A stretch of DNA of 64,000 nt. It comes from Eledone cirrhosa. Its lineage: Eukaryota. How positions within the stretch are numbered: position 1 is the first letter of the stretch; the number at the start of each line of letters is the position of its first letter. Positions 1 through 13,899 of the stretch are shown in pieces. The notes under the pieces are model-generated. The model saw only the letters and a list, made by a program, of their open reading frames with translations, made no database searches and was not told the DNA's origin. The position numbers and the translations under genes were made by a program. The stretch covers positions 223,634,001 to 223,698,000 of the forward strand of contig OZ024741.1 of NCBI GenBank assembly GCA_964016885.1, in the 5' to 3' direction.

Positions 1-389
1 TTTCAGAACTTTGGGTCCAGGATCCTAGATATAGAAATATATATATATATAATACCAACACCCTTAACAACTCTGCAAATTTGTCACCTTAAAAATATAT
101 TAATGAAAGAGTTAATTTTCTGAAATAATGTTGATCATTTATCTTGCAAAAACAAAATATTGAGTTATTGTTGAGGAAATAGAAAATGTCAAATCTCCAT
201 TAATCAGTTTGTGGCTAAAATTATCATTACTGAATTATTTATCAAGTCAGCAAAAGGGCAAATATAATGCTGGAGTAGAATATTGGATGACTTTTCTTTT
301 GTCTGAGTCAAAATAATAAACCTATTTCTGTTCATTCTAAACTAGAAGATAATCTGAAGCAATAGTTGCTGATTAGATTACAAGGTCAC

Positions 390-493
390 AAGTCATCCTC
401 ATCATCATTGTCCTCTTCATCATTGTCTTCCTCATCATTGTTGTGGATATCATTGTCGCTATTGTTCTCATCATTATCGTCAGCATAATTGTT

Positions 494-524
<31 letters not shown>

Positions 525-2748
525 TCATCATCATAGTTGTGGGCATCATCATCATAGTTGTGGTCATTGTCATCATCATCATCATCATAGTTGTGGTCAT
601 TGTCATCATCATCATCATAGTTGTGGTCATTGTCATCATCATCATCATCATCATAGTTGTGGTCATTGTCATCATCATCATCATCATAGTTGTGGTCATT
701 GTCATCATCATCATAGTTGTGGTCATTGTCATCATCATCATCATCATAGTTGTGGTCATTGTCATCATCATCATAGTTGTGGTCATTGTCATCATCATCA
801 TCATAGTTGTGGTCATTGTCATCATCATCATCATCATAGTTGTGGTCATTGTCATCATCATCATAGTTGTGGTCATTGTCATCATCATCATCATAGTTGG
901 GGTCATTGTCATCATCATCATCATCATCATAGTTGTGGTCATTGTCATCATCATCATCATAGTTGTGGTCATTGTCATCATCATCATCATAGTTGTGGTC
1001 ATTGTCATCATCATCATAGTTGTGGTCATTGTCATCATCATCATCATCATCATAGTTGTGGTCATCATCATCATCATCATCATCATCATAGTTGTGGTCA
1101 TTGTCATCATCATCATCATCATCATAGTTGTGGTCATTGTCATCATCATCATCATCATCATAGTTGTGGTCATTGTCATCATCATAATAGTTGTGGTCAT
1201 TGTCATCATCATCATCATAGTTGTGGTCATTGTCATCATCATCATCATCATCATAGTTGTGGTCATTGTCATCATCATCATCATCATTATAGTTGTGGTC
1301 ATTGTCATCATCATCATAGTTGTGGTCATTGTCATCATCATCATCATCATAGTTGTGGTCATTGTCATCATCATCATCATCATAGTTGTGGTCATTGTCA
1401 TCATCATCATCATAGTTGTGGTCATTGTCATCATCATCATAGTTGTGGTCATTGTCATCATCATCATCATCATCATAGTTGTGGTCATTGTCATCATCAT
1501 CATCATCATCATAGTTGTGGTCATTGTCATCATCATCATAGTTGTGGTCATTGTCATCATCATCATCATCATAGTTGTGGTCATTGTCATCATCATCATC
1601 ATCATAGTTGTGGTCATTGTCATCATCATCATCATAGTTGTGGTCATTGTCATCATCATCATCATCATAGTTGTGGTCATTGTCATCATCATCATAGTTG
1701 TGGTCATTGTCATCATCATCATCATAGTTGTGGTCATTGTCATCATCATCATAGTTGTGGTCATTGTCATCATCATCATAGTTGTGGTCATTGTCATCAT
1801 CATCATCATAGTTGTGGTCATTGTCATCATCATCATCATAGTTGTGGTCATTGTCATCATCATCATCATCATAGTTGTGGTCATTGTCATCATCATCATC
1901 ATCATAGTTGTGGTCATTGTCATCATCATCATCATAGTTGTGGTCATTGTCATCATCATCATAGTTGTGGTCATTGTCATCATCATCATAGTTGTGGTCA
2001 TTGTCATCATCATCATCATAGTTGTGGTCATTGTCATCATCATCATCATAGTTGTGGTCATTGTCATCATCATCATCATCATAGTTGTGGTCATTGTCAT
2101 CATCATCATCATCATAGTTGTGGTCATTGTCATCATCATCATCATAGTTGTGGTCATTGTCATCATCATCATCATCATAGTTGTGGTCATTGTCATCATC
2201 ATCATCATCATAGTTGTGGTCATTGTCATCATCATCATCATCATAGTTGTGGTCATTGTCATCATCATCATAGTTGTGGTCATTGTCATCATCATCATAG
2301 TTGTGGTCATTGTCATCATCATCATCATAGTTGTGGTCATTGTCATCATCATCATCATAGTTGTGGTCATTGTCATCATCATCATCATAGTTGTGGTCAT
2401 TGTCATCATCATCATAGTTGTGGTCATTGTCATCATCATCATCATCATAGTTGTGGTCATTGTCATCATCATCATCATCATAGTTGTGGTCATTGTCATC
2501 ATCATCATCATCATAGTTGTGGTCATTGTCATCATCATCATCATCATAGTTGTGGTCATTGTCATCATCATCATCATAGTTGTGGTCATTGTCATCATCA
2601 TCATCATAGTTGTGGTCATTGTCATCATCATCATCATAGTTGTGGTCATTGTCATCATCATCATCATCATAGTTGTGGTCATTGTCATCATCATCATCAT
2701 CATAGTTGTGGTCATTGTCATCATCATCATTATAGTTGTGGTCATCAT

Positions 2749-2780
<32 letters not shown>
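390..2780. repeat. Compound minisatellite AGTTGTGGTCATTGTC(ATC)nAT with variable (ATC)n
   Basis: Directly visible; all unit lengths are multiples of 3, which explains the poly-M/T and poly-I/V ORFs. Confidence 0.97.
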
Positions 2781-3037
2781 CTACTACCAAAATCAGATCT
2801 GTGGGTGGCACCCAGTCATTTGGCTGACTTATGTGTATGCTATAAGGTCTGGTCAACTTGAGCTGATCTGGGGTTATTCAACAACAATAGCAGAAATAAC
2901 AGCCATAACTTTGAGTGAGGTTGGAATCAAAACATTAGAAGTGAAATGTTTGCTCCATGGATAGAATGGAATAAACCATCATGTGAACCTCCAACTTCTT
3001 GACTCCATGTACAGTAGTACCCAATCAATTTAGAATA

Positions 3038-3980
3038 CCACACCTCATCCTCTCTCTCCTTTCTCCCACTCTCTTCTCTTTCTCATCTTCTCTCTCACAC
3101 ACACCTCATCCTCTCTCTCCTTTCTCCCGCTCTCTTCTCTTTCTCATCTTCTCTCTCACACACACCTCATCCTCTCTCTCCTTTCTCCCGCTCTCTTCTC
3201 TTTCTCATCTTCTCTCTCACACACACCTCATCCTCTCTCTCCTTTCTCCCGCTCTCTTCTCTTTCTCATCTTCTCTCTCACACACACCTCATCCTCTCTC
3301 TCCTTTCTCCCACTCTCTTCTCTTTCTCATCTTCTCTCTCACACACACCTCATCCTCTCTCTCCTTTCTCCCGCTCTCTTCTCTTTCTCATCTTCTCTCT
3401 CACACACACCTCATCCTCTCTCTCCTTTCTCCCGCTCTCTTCTCTTTCTCATCTTCTCTCTCACACACACCTCATCCTCTCTCTCTCCTTTCTCCCGCTC
3501 TCTTCTCTTTCTCATCTTCTCTCTCACACACACCTCATCCTCTCTCTCCTTTCTCCCGCTCTCTTCTCTTTCTCATCTTCTCTCTCACACACACCTCATC
3601 CTCTCTCTCTCCTTTCTCCCGCTCTCTTCTCTTTCTCATCTTCTCTCTCACACACACCTCATCCTCTCTCTCCTTTCTCCCGCTCTCTTCTCTTTCTCAT
3701 CTTCTCTCTCACACACACCTCATCCTCTCTCTCCTTTCTCCCGCTCTCTTCTCTTTCTCATCTTCTCTCTCACACACACCTCATCCTCTCTCTCCTTTCT
3801 CCCGCTCTCTTCTCTTTCTCATCTTCTCTCTCACACACACCTCATTCTCTCTCTCCTTTCTCCCGCTCTCTTCTCTTTCTCATCTTCTCTCTCACACACA
3901 CCTCATCCTCTCTCTCCTTTCTCCCGCTCTCTTCTCTTTCTCATCTTCTCTCTCACACACACCTCATTCTCTCTCTCCCC
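3038..3980. repeat. Pyrimidine-rich ~60-bp minisatellite (~16 copies), followed by CT-rich low complexity to ~4255
   Basis: Unit ACACACCTCATCCTCTCTCTCCTTTCTCCCGCTCTCTTCTCTTTCTCATCTTCTCTCTC repeated in tandem. Confidence 0.95.
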
Positions 3981-4021
3981 CTTGTTTCTCTTCCTCTCTC
4001 CTCCTCTCCTGCTCCCTCCCA

Positions 4022-4063
<42 letters not shown>

Positions 4064-5894
4064 CTCTCCCGCTCATTCTCCTTTTCTCTCTCTCTCTCCC
4101 CTCCTATCACCTCCCCCCCGTCTCTCCCTCCCTATCTCCCCCCTCTCTATTATCCTGTCTCCACCCCCTCCCCCATATCCCCCTCACCCTGTCTATCCCT
4201 CTTTCTCCCCTGCCTCTCCCCCTGTCTCTACCCCCCTCTCTCTCTTTCTCTCAAATCTAAAGAGATCATCATCATCATCATCATCGTTTAACGTCTATCT
4301 TCCACGCTAGCATGGGTTTAGACGCGTGCTCTACTGCTTCTGCACTTTGATGAAATATTACCATCCCACCACCACCATCTTCCCTCTTTACCAAGATATT
4401 CAACTTTGATATCACCTCTTCTTTACACACTACCTTAGTTTGGCCATTGAGCTCTTTCACACTCATTCCCTCTTTTTACTTCTCTTTCCATCATCATTTT
4501 TACGTCCATTTCTCCATGTTGACATGAATTGGATGGTTTATTGCAGTCTGTGTTAATTTTTATTTGGAGTTACTCCTCTTCTAGACAGGTAGCTTGGGAT
4601 GCAGCTTGTAGAATATATGTTTTGTTTGCACATTCCATTTATTACTCTCCCATTGATCATTCAACCTCTATTCACTATACCATGCTGCCTATGTAATAAG
4701 GGACAGTATTTTCTCTTTTCATATTTAATTGCCCCCTCCACTATCACTATTTTCCTTCCACTCCCACACCCCTGCTTCACTCTACCTTTCTTCTATTATG
4801 ACTTGGTGTAAGGAAGGATGGCTTCAGATCTGTCCCCCTCATTAGCACCTACTATTAACCTTCTTTACTGCTAGTTATGTCACTCTCCATTAACCACTCT
4901 ACCACTCTCTCTTAATCAACACCCATTTTTATTGCTATCACATCATGCCACTCATGCTGGTTTTCTATTCAATCTCCTTACCTACAAGCAATATGTAGCT
5001 ATTAGTCTCTCTCATTACTCCTTCCATTTCATCATACTTTTTATTTCACCTTCTTTGTCAGCATACTCTCTTCTATTCACCCTTTTAGTCACTTTTGCCT
5101 TTTATGAATGACAGCATCAAAAGAAAGAGAGGACTCTTTAGTTTTGCTGAGCACAAGGCAATCTCTCTAATGTTGATGTCTTCATAAAAGGCACCTAGTT
5201 CACTCTGTAAAATGGTTAATGAATGAATTTATGTAGTATTAGGGTAAAGAGGACTCTCTAGTTTTGTTGAAGTCATGACACTCTCTATATTGCTGGTTTC
5301 ATAATAAATGCACCCAGTACACTCTGTAAAGTGTTTAATGTTAAGAAGACTATCAAGCCATAGAAACGATGCCAAAAATGGAGTGTACAAGCAAGATGGG
5401 GTATTCCAAGCTATCCAGGAGAGCAGTAACTCCAATTAAAAGTTGACATGCAATTTGTCCAATCCATGCTTGCCATCATGGAAAATAAATATAAAAAGAA
5501 GATACCCACTAGCTAATAAATTTTATTTCCTTTATAATAAATTTGCCATGCTGTGAAAGATGGTTCTATATTTGAAAATCATTTATTCAACAGACTTCAA
5601 CAAGAGTTACTTTTCCTTCTCATGTCTCCCTCACCCGACTCCATACTGAAGTTATGACAATGTTGCTACCCATGGAAATGAATAGATGAAAATGTAATGG
5701 ATTTCCTAATGGATTTTTTAAATCTACCAATCAAATCTTGATGTATTGATAACCAATCATATGTCAATGGGTTTTGGCATATTTTTGCTTTTATACTATC
5801 AATCCCCTTCAATTATTCAAACAATCAAAAACAAGAAATTGTTACGATTCTAGAAATTTCAGCTTCTAACAAAATAATCATAAGTGTTTCTAAC

Positions 5895-6095
5895 ATAGAC
5901 ACAAGGCCTGATATTTGGTAGAACGGGTTAGTTGGTTAAACTCAGTGCTTGATTGGGTCTTTATTTTATTGACTGCAGAAGGATGAAAGACAAAGTGGAT
6001 CATGGGGGATTTGAATTCAGAATTAAATAAGGCAGAACAAATACCGCAAAGCCTTTTGTCAGATGCACTAATGATTCTATCAATCTACCATACTT
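5895..6095 (-). mobile_element. Decayed tRNA-derived SINE (family A)
   Basis: GAAGGATGAAAGACAAAGT..GATTTGAATTCAG is the reverse complement of the family core seen at 30674-31330. Confidence 0.7.
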
Positions 6096-6497
6096 GATAA
6101 TGATAATTTATCATCACATTTTAATATCTATTCTTCATTCTTGCATGCGTGAGACAGGTTGTCATGTGAACCATATCTTGCTCATACAATCTGTTTTCAG
6201 CTTGTTTTTTTTTTATAGCTGAATGTCCTTCCTAATGCCAACCACATTATAGCATGTACCGAGAGCTTTTTTCATGGAATTAACACTACCAACTTATAAA
6301 GTGAACTGGGTGCTTTTAGTCATGGTACTAGTATAACCACCTTCCAGGGTGGACTGCGTGCTGTGGGAGAGCAAGCAATGTCATGACGATGTCATTGAAG
6401 AAAATGAGTTGCACTTGGCAGTGCATTGTGGAACATGTCTGGCTTTCTATGCATGCTTGGGTTGGACAAGAAAGGTGTATCACTGATATGATAAGGG

Positions 6498-6539
<42 letters not shown>

Positions 6540-6542
<3 letters not shown>

Positions 6543-6710
6543 AGTAAAAGGTAAACAGAAATAACAACACAATCGGTACAGTATATGGAAGGAATATATT
6601 AGGTTAACGCTTGAAATAACAGGAAGAGTGCCTTAACGTTTCGGGCACTAGTCCTTCATCAGGAGAAAGGATGAGAAATAAGATAGATTAAAGGGACGGG
6701 CGGGGTGGAA
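6540..6710 (-). mobile_element. Penelope-like pLTR 3' fragment with minimal hammerhead motif (6631-6665)
   Basis: Minus strand CTGATGA-AGGACTAGTGCCC-GAAACGTTA-AGG with palindromic AACGTT helix III; the fragment ends at a (TA)n tract. Confidence 0.6.
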
Positions 6711-7127
6711 TTGGAAAAAATGTCTTTAGATAAAAATGACTGGTTCATTCATGTTGACATCTCTTATACACACACACACACACAGACACACAGACATATA
6801 TATATATACATGGACCCGTACCTCCTGATGGAGGAGCACCATATTGATATACAGCGTTTCTTGGCCATTTTTAAACCTGGCAGAACCCATCCCCTCTCTG
6901 AACACAACACATTTCTTCCAGAGAAGGATAGAGAATGAGAGAAAGGAAATAAGAGATATAGAGGGGGAAATCAACCTCAGTACTAGGCTGGTACTTTGTT
7001 ATCAACCTCAGAAGGATGAAAGTTAAAGTTGATGTCAGCAGAATTTGGACTCATAGAACTGGAATGATTACTGCAAAGCATTCCTATTAGATGTTCTCTC
7101 TCTCTATATATATATATATGTTCTATA

Positions 7128-7535
7128 TATAAAGGTTGTGAGTTCAATTCTCGGACTGGGTGATGTGTTGTTTCCTTTAGCCAGACACTTTATTTCACAT
7201 TGCTCCAGTTTACTCAGCTGTAGAAATAAGACTGGGGTCCCTATCATTCCACTGCAAAGTGGTCATGGAGATGCCACGGCAAAAAAAAAGCACCCAGCCC
7301 ACACTGTAAAGTGGACGTGTAGGCACCACGGAAAAAAAAAAGCACCCAGCACTCACTGTAAATGAGGTTGGTGTTAGGAAGGGTATCCAGCTGTAGAAAC
7401 CAAGCCAGAATCAGTTCCCGTATGAGCAAGACAAGGTCAGCCGACCGGACACTGCTCACAACAGGACAACCCGTCTAACCCATGCTAGTATGGAAGAATG
7501 GACGTAAAACGGTGATGATGATCATGATGATGATG
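7128..7535 (+). mobile_element. tRNA-headed SINE (family B) with RTE-like 3' tail ending in (GAT)n
   Basis: B-box-like GAGTTCAATTC, core ACACTTTATTTCACATTGCTCCAGTTTACTCAGCTG, tail GTTGGTGTTAGGAAGGG..CCATGCTAG..GGACGTAAAACG(TGA)n shared with RTE 3' ends in this window. Confidence 0.75.
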
Positions 7536-8122
7536 ATATATATATATATATATACATTGGTTGTAACATACATCTAGTATGCACCACACTTTCCCCTCCC
7601 TCCCACATCCTAACACTCCACCCTTCATCCACATATCTACACTCCCACCCTTCACCATATAAGTGCCCCACCCTAGATCTACCTCTTCAATCTCCAAGCA
7701 CCTCCCCCACCCCAGCCCACAGTGTAAAGTGGTCATTTTGGTGCCACAACAAAAAGCATTGGTCCATACTGTAATGTGGTCATGTTGGTGACACGACAAA
7801 AAGAGCCCAGTCTAGACTGTAAAGTGGTTGTGTAGGTGTCATGATAAAAAGCATCCAGTATATACAGTAAATGTGGTTGGCGTTAGGGAGGGCTTCCAGC
7901 TGTAGAAGCCTAGCCAGAATCAGTTCTGTATGAGCAAGACATGGTCATCTGACCTGACTTGTTTCACAACAAGACAACTCATCTAACCCATGCTAGCATG
8001 GAAAAATGGATGTTAAACGGTGATGATGATGACAATGATGATATATATATTATTTAAGGTATAATGAAAATCTTGTCCATTTTCTATAAATATTTCCATG
8101 GAAATCATTCTGATGGGCTTTC

Positions 8123-9183
8123 CTCTGGTGTATAGTTAACTACACAGGCCGTGGGTGTCTTAGCATCAATCAGTGAGACCTTTATCAGCTCTGGTATATA
8201 GTTAACTACACAGGCCGTGGGTGTCTTAGCATCAATCAGTGAGACCTTTATCAGCTCTGGTATATAGTTAACTACACAGGCCGTGGGTGTCTTAGCATCA
8301 ATCAGTGAGACCTTTATCAGCTCTGGTGTATAGTTAACTACACAGGCCGTGGGTGTCTTAGCATCAATCAGTGAGACCTTTATCAGCTCTGGTATATAGT
8401 TAACTACACAGGCCGTGGGTGTCTTAGCATCAATCAGTGAGACCTTTATCAGCTCTGGTATATAGTTAACTACACATGCCGTGGGTGTCTTAGCATCAAT
8501 CAGTGAGACCTTTATCAGCTCTGGTATATAGTTAACTACACAGGCCGTGGGTGTCTTAGCATCAATCAGTGAGACCTTTATCAGCTCTGGTGTATAGTTA
8601 ACTACACAGGCCGTGGGTGTCTTAGCATCAATCAGTGAGACCTTTATCAGCTCTGGTGTATAGTTAACTACACAGGCCGTGGGTGTCTTAGCATCAATCA
8701 GTGAGACCTTTATCAGCTCTGGTGTATAGTTAACTACAAAGGCCGTGGGTGTCTTAGCATCAATCAGTGAGACCTTTATCAGCTCTGGTATATAGTTAAC
8801 TACACAGGCTGTGGGTGTCTTAGCATCAATCAGTGAGACCTTTATCAGCTCTGGTGTATAGTTAACTACACAGGCCGTGGGTGTCTTAGCATCAATCAGT
8901 GAGACCTTTATCAGCTCTGGTGTATAGTTAACTACACAGGCCGTGGGTGTCTTAGCATCAATCAGTGAGACCTTTATCAGCTCTGGTGTATAGTTAACTA
9001 CAAAGGCCGTGGGTGTCTTAGCATCAATCAGTGAGACCTTTATCAGCTCTGGTGTATAGTTAACTACAAAGGCCGTGGGTGTCTTAGCATCAATCAGTGA
9101 GACCTTTATCAGCTCTGGTATATAGTTAACTACACAGGCCGTGGGTGTCTTAGCATCAATCAGTGAGACCTTTATCAGCTCTC
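8123..9183. repeat. 66-bp minisatellite, 16 near-identical copies
   Basis: Unit CTGGTGTATAGTTAACTACACAGGCCGTGGGTGTCTTAGCATCAATCAGTGAGACCTTTATCAGCT; appears as a 22-aa repeat in ORF 8105..9316. Confidence 0.97.
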
Positions 9184-9199
9184 CAGCTATCTGTTTAAA

Positions 9200-9300
9200 G
9201 ATATGAAAAGGTGCAGAACACTCAAAGTCGATGGAAGCCTTGGAGTGGGGAGATCCAGGAAGACCTGGGATGGGGCGGGGTGATAAAAGCTGTCCTCGCC
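9200..9300 (+). mobile_element. RTE LINE C-terminal fragment
   Basis: Translates MKRCRTLKVDGSLGVGRSRKTWDG, homologous to KCRAIKIDGSHGVGRPRKTWDD in the RTE at 32173..32751. Confidence 0.7.
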
Positions 9301-11627
9301 AAATAGTCTTACCCATTGCAGTCGGTGCTTATGGATGTGAGCTTCAATGCTGACTGCACCTGCATTTTATAATATTTCAGTATTTGCTGTGAGTATACTC
9401 CAGTGAACCCCAAGAATGTTACACATGCAACATTGATGAAACCGTTTGAGGAGTTTAATGTGTATGTGAAACCAGCCAGAATTCTCTCACCTCTTTGTTT
9501 TCTAACCAGTTGTAACCCACCACTCATACTGATGTTAAGGTATTGTTCTCAAAAATCTTATAGATTCAGTATTATGTAAGATAATTATGTGAGGTAAAGT
9601 GCTTCTCATCCCTTTTCAGTTGAAGTCCCTAATTGTAATTGTAAATTCTATTCTGATAGTTTCTTCCCTCAGACATCTCACCTATGGGATACTCTTCTGG
9701 CTTCTTGCTTTCTTGACCAATACAATTTGCAAAATTACAAATCATATCCTCTCTGTCTTATGCTTTTCCCTTCTCGGTAACCCCTTGTATTTTAGTGACT
9801 TTATTGACATGTTTGGGGTGAAAAATACATCATATAAATATTTCAATATATTGTTATTTTTTCAAAGGTGAAAAATAACCAATATATTGAAACCCTTAAT
9901 ATGTTCGTAAAGTATCCATTCCCCAATTCATATACATTCTACACTCTACATTATTATACCTTCAGCTCTTTTTCTGTGTTGTAGTCTATTTGTAATCTCT
10001 TTTATAGATTTAATGTATGTTACAGTGAAGAGTGTTTGATATAAGGTGCGCTGTTTGTTCCAATAATGTAATAAGGTTGCAAACACAAATATCATTTCAT
10101 ACGGTAATATGTCATAGGATAAAATGACAGGACATTGTGTACCATTATTATTTTGACAAGGAAATAAATAAGGCAGAAGATGTGAAATGGTTTGAAACTG
10201 AGAAGAAAATTATGAAATAGAAATAGTAGAGAAACATTAAAATCAGTGAGTATTAGTACTGCACTTTAGTAACACATATCCAGTATGAGGGGAAGTGTGT
10301 GTGTTTGGAGGGTGGTTGCTGAGGCATTATCTATACCAGAATGCTTAAAAGACTTTTGAAAGATTGAATGTCTGTTCGTTGGAAAGGAAATTGTCAGCAG
10401 ATCAGTTAACGTCTTTCATTAAGGAATTACATTCACTAAATGACTATAGTTTTATAGCAGATGAGATGTTTCGGAATTTTGCTGTTGTCTTCTTGCAAGC
10501 TGAATTAACAGTTTCATGGTTTTAAGAGCAGCAATACTGAATGAAATGAGTCTGTCAAGTTCAGGTGTCAAAGGTAGCAGGTGTCAATCATGACATGCTA
10601 TCAATTTAGGGACTTTTGTAAAGCTGGGATTAATGTCTTTCTTTCTTTTCTTTCTTCCACTCAATTCTTTTCTTTGTTTCAAAGAGAATTCTTTTATAAA
10701 TCTCTTGGTTCCATTGATTATCTTCACATTCTTGCCATTTTCCATTGGTTTATCTCCATAAAATAAGAAATTTCAGGCAAACATTTCTGAAAGCTTCATT
10801 CCCAAGTGTCTTTATTTCAAGCTGGTTTATTGTTGTTCAATATGACTAAAAGAAAGGTGGGGGGGGGGGGGGGGGGAGTAAAGAGAGAGCGAAAGTGGGA
10901 GAAAGAAAGAAAGAAAGAGGGAGTAAAGGGAGAATGTTAAGAGAAATAGAAAGAAGAGAACAATTTGACAGATAGAAATAAACATAGAGTGAAATAATAT
11001 AGCAGAGATAGACAGATAGATAAATAGAGAGGGAAAGAATGGGGAATGAGAAAGAAGGAAAGAAAAGTTAACAAATAAAAATAAATACAGTATTAGTGAG
11101 AGAATAGGAGAGTGAGATAGGCACATAAAGAGAGTAGGAGTTAGGGATGATAGTGTGAGGGATATATATATATATATACACATACAGGTGCGTGTAGATG
11201 TAGATATATATATATGTATGTATATATATAGATATAATGTGTGTGTGTATATATGTAGATGTGTATGATATGCATATGTGTGCATACCTATATGTATATA
11301 TATATCTATGCACATGTGTGCATGCATATTTGTATGCATATATATATATGTATATATATATGTGTGTATGTGTATGCATATATGGGTGCATATATATGTA
11401 TGTATATATATGTGTGTGTGTATGCATGTATGTGTGCATATATATGTAGATGTGTGTGTGTGTGTGCATATATGTGCACATATATATGTAGATGTGTGTA
11501 TATATGTAGATGTATGTATGTATATCTATGCATATATGTGCATGCACATGTGTGGATGTATGCATGTATATATTCATATTGCCATCATTTTATCCTGCTA
11601 GCAATAGTTGGACACGCACACACACAC

Positions 11628-11689
<62 letters not shown>

Positions 11690-12099
11690 ATATTTGTGTA
11701 CACACACACACAAACAACAGATTGAGAGAGAGGTAAAAAGAGAGAGAAATGAAACAATATGACAACCAATTAAAATTTCTCTCCTCCCCCACTATCCTCA
11801 TGTCTCTTTGTCCCCTACTTGTCACTGCACCTTTAAGAGAACAAAGAGGGCCAAGTGCAGCTCTGCAGAAGAGATAACACCAGTAAGAAGAGAGAGAGGG
11901 AATAACAAGTTAAACAAACCCCAAATCACTTTTCAGGATTCTTCCTTTTTTCTTGCATTGTTTTTTATTGTTTTTTTTACTTAATTTTTCTATCTTATAA
12001 TCAGTCTTCCCCTATCACACACATTTTTATCATTACTGTCTTTTTCCTCTTCATATATCCTCCTCTTTCTCCTCCAAGTATAAGTGTATTGGAAGAATC

Positions 12100-12640
12100 C
12101 GTATTAGAAAAGCTTTTTTTATGTTTGTTTATGCATACTTGCATGAGTAGGATGGGTCTTCATTAGCACACTATGCCTCCATATGTTGCATCCCTTTGTT
12201 ATCTCTTTCAGTTTCAGCATTTTGAGATCAGCTTTCACCACCTCTGCCCAGGTTTTCCTCTATCTTCCTCTTCTGTAGCTTCTTTCCACTGGAAACTATA
12301 GCACTTATTCACCCAACAATCATCCTCCATATACATCATGTGTCCATACCAACACAATCTCTCTTGCACACTAGATCTGATTCTTCTTAGATCCACTTTT
12401 TCTCACAGTTCATCTGTGCCTTGTCATTCTTGTACACTAGCATAACACATCCAACAGAACATGCCTTGATATGTTTCTCTCCTTCCTTTGCATATCCTCT
12501 ACATTCACTGCCTATGTCTCACTACCATACAACATCTCACTTTGCATGCAAACATCATACAATCTACATTTCGCCCAGTGATGGAATGCCTTTGTTATCA
12601 ACAGAAGCAGTAGCTCTTGAACATTTTCCACCCTATTTTT
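12100..12640 (-). mobile_element. Decayed RTE LINE 3' fragment
   Basis: Minus-strand remnants WYGH and RKTWAEVVKADLKML, with frameshifts. Confidence 0.7.
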
Positions 12641-12659
12641 TCTTGCTACTATGCTTTCA

Positions 12660-12960
12660 AAGGTAGATGGTTAATTGGCAGAGTTGTTTAGAATACCGGA
12701 TAGAATGCTTTGCTGTATTAATTCTGGTCCTCTGCGCTCTGAGTTCAAATCCTGGTGAGGTTAACTTTACCTTTCATCCTTTCAATTTCAATAAAAAAAA
12801 AAAGTACCAGTCCAGTAATTGGGTTAATTCTTCTTCTATATCTCTTTCTCACATCAACTATCTCTCATTCCTTGGAAGAAATCGGTTGTGTTCAGACCTG
12901 GAGAGGAATTGACTCCACCAGGTTTAAAATGGCTGAGACAAACCATATTATAGATCCATG
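12660..12960 (+). mobile_element. SINE family A
   Basis: CTGAGTTCAAATCCTGGTGAGGTTAACTTTACCTTTCATCC..AAGTACCAG core. Confidence 0.75.
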
Positions 12961-13899
12961 CTTTCAGAGCTACCTCTTCTGCTGCTAACTAGGTCATCTA
13001 GATAAGAAAATCTATCAGCTACTTCTGTAGAACCTTCCCTGGATAGAAAAAGTTTATTTCACTGGTGTTATAACCCTGTTTATTTATTTTAAGAAAAGGG
13101 ATTTTTTATACTGGGATCTATGATGGAAATATTAAGAGGAAGTGACCGTACAGTACTATAATGGTGTGATGGGAGAAATTTTGAAAGTTATGAAAGGTTA
13201 TTATGGGTATTAGAAGGAAGATAAGTATTGAAGTCTTTTGCCAAATTTTAACACAAGTAGCTAGCAGCTAAATTTGTTTTGTGTAGTGGCTTGTTTTCTT
13301 TGACAAAAATGTTGAATTTCTTGTCAGATTTTAATGTCATAGAGCCTAATTACATCTGCCATAAAGTGTATTACACCCATTTACCTTTGGTGAATATAAC
13401 CTTGGTCAGGAGTTGATGTCATCAGGCACTAACATTCATTGGTTGTTTCAAACCTTAATCATAACACCTTCTTTCTTGTTGGTAGGTTAGTAATGGTGGC
13501 CAAATCACTGTCCATGTTCTCTTCCCAGCTTCCAATTTATCTACCCTCTCCTACTGTATAACCAACAAGAGGCCTTTTCAGCTGCCTACCCCATCTTGGA
13601 AGCTGTTATCTTCTCTTTTCCTGTCATGTCAATGGCAGTGAGCATTCTCCATACTTATTGAATCAGGAATGCCCTGTAGCCCATCTCACCAGGAAATAGC
13701 CTCGTCTATCGCCGTTTCTTCCTGCACAAAGCCTTGGAACTTGGCACTCTTTCATTCAAAGGTAGGGCTGCACTCTTCTTCCTATTACATTATTTCATGC
13801 AGTGGCTTGTTTTCATTGATAAAAATGTTGAATTTCTTGTCAGATTCTAAATCTTGTAAAAATAGCTTTTGAAAAAATGTTTATTTAGTTTAATAATTG

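Noticed and set aside
373-2856. 827-aa and 794-aa ORFs
   Set aside because: Translations of an (ATC)n compound satellite, open on both strands.
2999-4291. 430-aa S/L/F-rich ORF
   Set aside because: A pyrimidine minisatellite that lacks stop codons by composition.
8105-9316. 403-aa repeat protein gene, or a CRISPR-like array
   Set aside because: The non-repeat N-terminus is the antisense of an RTE fragment, and the units are contiguous with no unique spacers.
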